Assembly: GCF_964355755.1 (NCBI RefSeq)
Contig: NC_092679.1
Span: 13,685,432-13,749,431, forward strand
Source of the DNA: Antedon mediterranea
Taxonomy: Eukaryota; Animalia; Echinodermata
DNA length: 64,000 nucleotides
Direction of reading: 5' to 3'
Every line of letters begins with the position of its first letter. The first letter of the stretch is position 1. The position numbers were made by a program, and so were the translations under genes. The notes beneath the pieces were generated by a model. The model was given only the letters and a program-made list of their open reading frames with translations, was not told the DNA's origin and did not search any database. Of the stretch, positions 62,471 through 64,000 are shown in pieces.

Positions 62471-62515
62471 CTCCACTGACGAGATCTAATAAGATCGAAA
62501 CAGTCTTGTCTGCAG
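62471..62515 (+). ncRNA. Type I hammerhead ribozyme motif, copy 1
   Basis: ctcca-CTGACGA-gatct/aata/agatc-GAAA-ca/gtct/tg-TC^-tgcag: intact core; stem I has one C-C mismatch. Confidence 0.8.
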
Positions 62516-62748
62516 ATTGGATATTACACTCCTCTACTTTCTGCTATTATACATATGTATGTTGTTTTATAGAGCACTCTTCAGTTTGAAACGGTGCATT
62601 TTGTTGTGAATACTATTTGCATTTTGCAAAGCACGCTCGTTGAGCTTGTGCACTCTTTGTGTTTATAATCCGAGTACCATGTCCCACATACCTGGCTCAG
62701 CCTTTATATTGTTCCAGTTCTGCGGTACATTTCATTTTGAAACCTGAG

Positions 62749-62793
62749 CTGCACTGACTAGATCTAATAAGATCGAAACAATACTGTCTGCAG
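62749..62793 (+). ncRNA. Type I hammerhead ribozyme motif, copy 2 (core G8 mutated to U)
   Basis: ctgca-CTGACTA-gatct/aata/agatc-GAAA-ca/atac/tg-TC^-tgcag: perfect stem I. Confidence 0.7.
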
Positions 62794-63884
62794 ATTGGAG
62801 AGATTCTAGATGCATAACAAAAACGTAGATCCAGGCTAATGTACTTGCGTTTTATTTATACATCAAATATACATCAACATAATTTTATGATTCGGTGAAA
62901 ATACAAAAATGCTACATATTTATATGCAATGCAATTGCAAATTTATATAATCATAAGCTTTCATTTTTATGCCATATATCAATATGTATGACTTTTAAGA
63001 TTGTTTACTAACTTATTTAATACCCGAGTATATATTGTTGTGGCTTAAATGATGTCATTACATTGTTCAAAATATATTTGACATATGTTTGTGTTGTTAT
63101 ACATGTCATAAGTTTTAATTTGATACAAAAATTGACATGTTTATTGTAACTGGGGCCTCACTGGTCACTTATTTGAGTTGAATAGGAGTCAACTAGCCAC
63201 ACTAGCTAGTGAGATTTCTATTATACGTCGCTTGGCATTATGCAAATCAATCCAGGTAAGCATACGTTCAACAATGATTAAGTAATAGTTAGCTCAGTTA
63301 CGCATACTGCCGTTTCATTTTTCACAAAGTTATGTAATTTATTTATTATATATTATAAACACAAGAGGCAAAGAACATTAATTCTAACCCGCCCGGTGAT
63401 ATACTGAACAGCGGTCCGAGTTCGAGTCTCGGTTGGGGCGACTTTTTCTCATTCTCACAGATTTCCTCATCTTTATCGTTTCAAATTTATTATATATTAT
63501 ATATATATCATGTAGTTCCGTGGTGTTTGTACGTCATAAGTTTTAATTTAATACCAAACATGCCATATTAATTTCCCACGAAGTTTTGTAATATATTATG
63601 GATGTGGCTTTGATGACGTCATTATATTGTGAAATTATATTGTTCTTATGATAGTGGTATTGTACATGTCATATGCTTTAATTTGATAACAAACTTGCCA
63701 TATTTAATTATTTGTTTAATTTTTTCACGAAGTTATGTAATATATAATAAGTGTGGCTTTGATGAAGTCATTATATTGGAAAATTATATTTTCTCATGTG
63801 AGTGGTATTGTACATGTAATAAGCTATAATTTGATACTAAACTTGACATATTTATGTAATTTTCTATAGCTATATAATATATTA

Positions 63885-64000
63885 ACAAGGCCATATACAT
63901 GGCTGCAGTCGCGTGCTCAAGTTAGTGTTTACCGACCGACCAACCAACCGACCGAAATTGCTGAACATATTTAAAAATGTTGAAAATGTTTAAAAACATA
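63885..64000 (+). repeat. Repeat family B copy running off the window
   Basis: aacaaggccatatacatggctgcagtcgcgtgctcaagttagtgtttaccgaccgacc. Confidence 0.75.

Larger units (their letters stand above)
62414..62798 (+). mobile_element. 278-bp tandem repeat carrying the hammerheads (non-LTR retrozyme or Penelope pseudo-LTR remnant); its left part lies at 56489-56571
   Basis: 62414-62520 repeats at 62693-62798; 56489-56571 matches 62622-62693. Confidence 0.75.

Overview
AT-rich animal genomic DNA with spliceosomal introns, probably a marine invertebrate deuterostome (inferred from Deu-domain SINEs and frequent TAGGCCTA; not proven). The main feature is a minus-strand gene (about 39885 to 6773) that the ORF track largely misses. 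I assembled 19 coding exons by hand, about 1093 aa: signal peptide, LRRNT, about 16 LRRs on symmetric phase-2 exons, Cys-rich CxxC/CPxG repeats, then about 9 TM helices with no GPCR signature motifs. Upstream lie a pseudogenised 3' fragment of a paralog, a duplicated promoter block, and a small orphan gene with duplicated first exons and a TGATG-coupled uORF. Introns and intergenic DNA hold many nested transposons: an Ngaro/DIRS-like tyrosine-recombinase retrotransposon with an SGNH ORF, an Academ (XPG-type) derivative, Helitrons, hAT, L2/CR1 LINEs, two solo LTRs, Deu-SINEs and MITEs. Near the right end is a 278-bp tandem repeat carrying two type I hammerhead ribozyme motifs (retrozyme or Penelope-like), split by a LINE. 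All coordinates were counted by eye and no searches were run.
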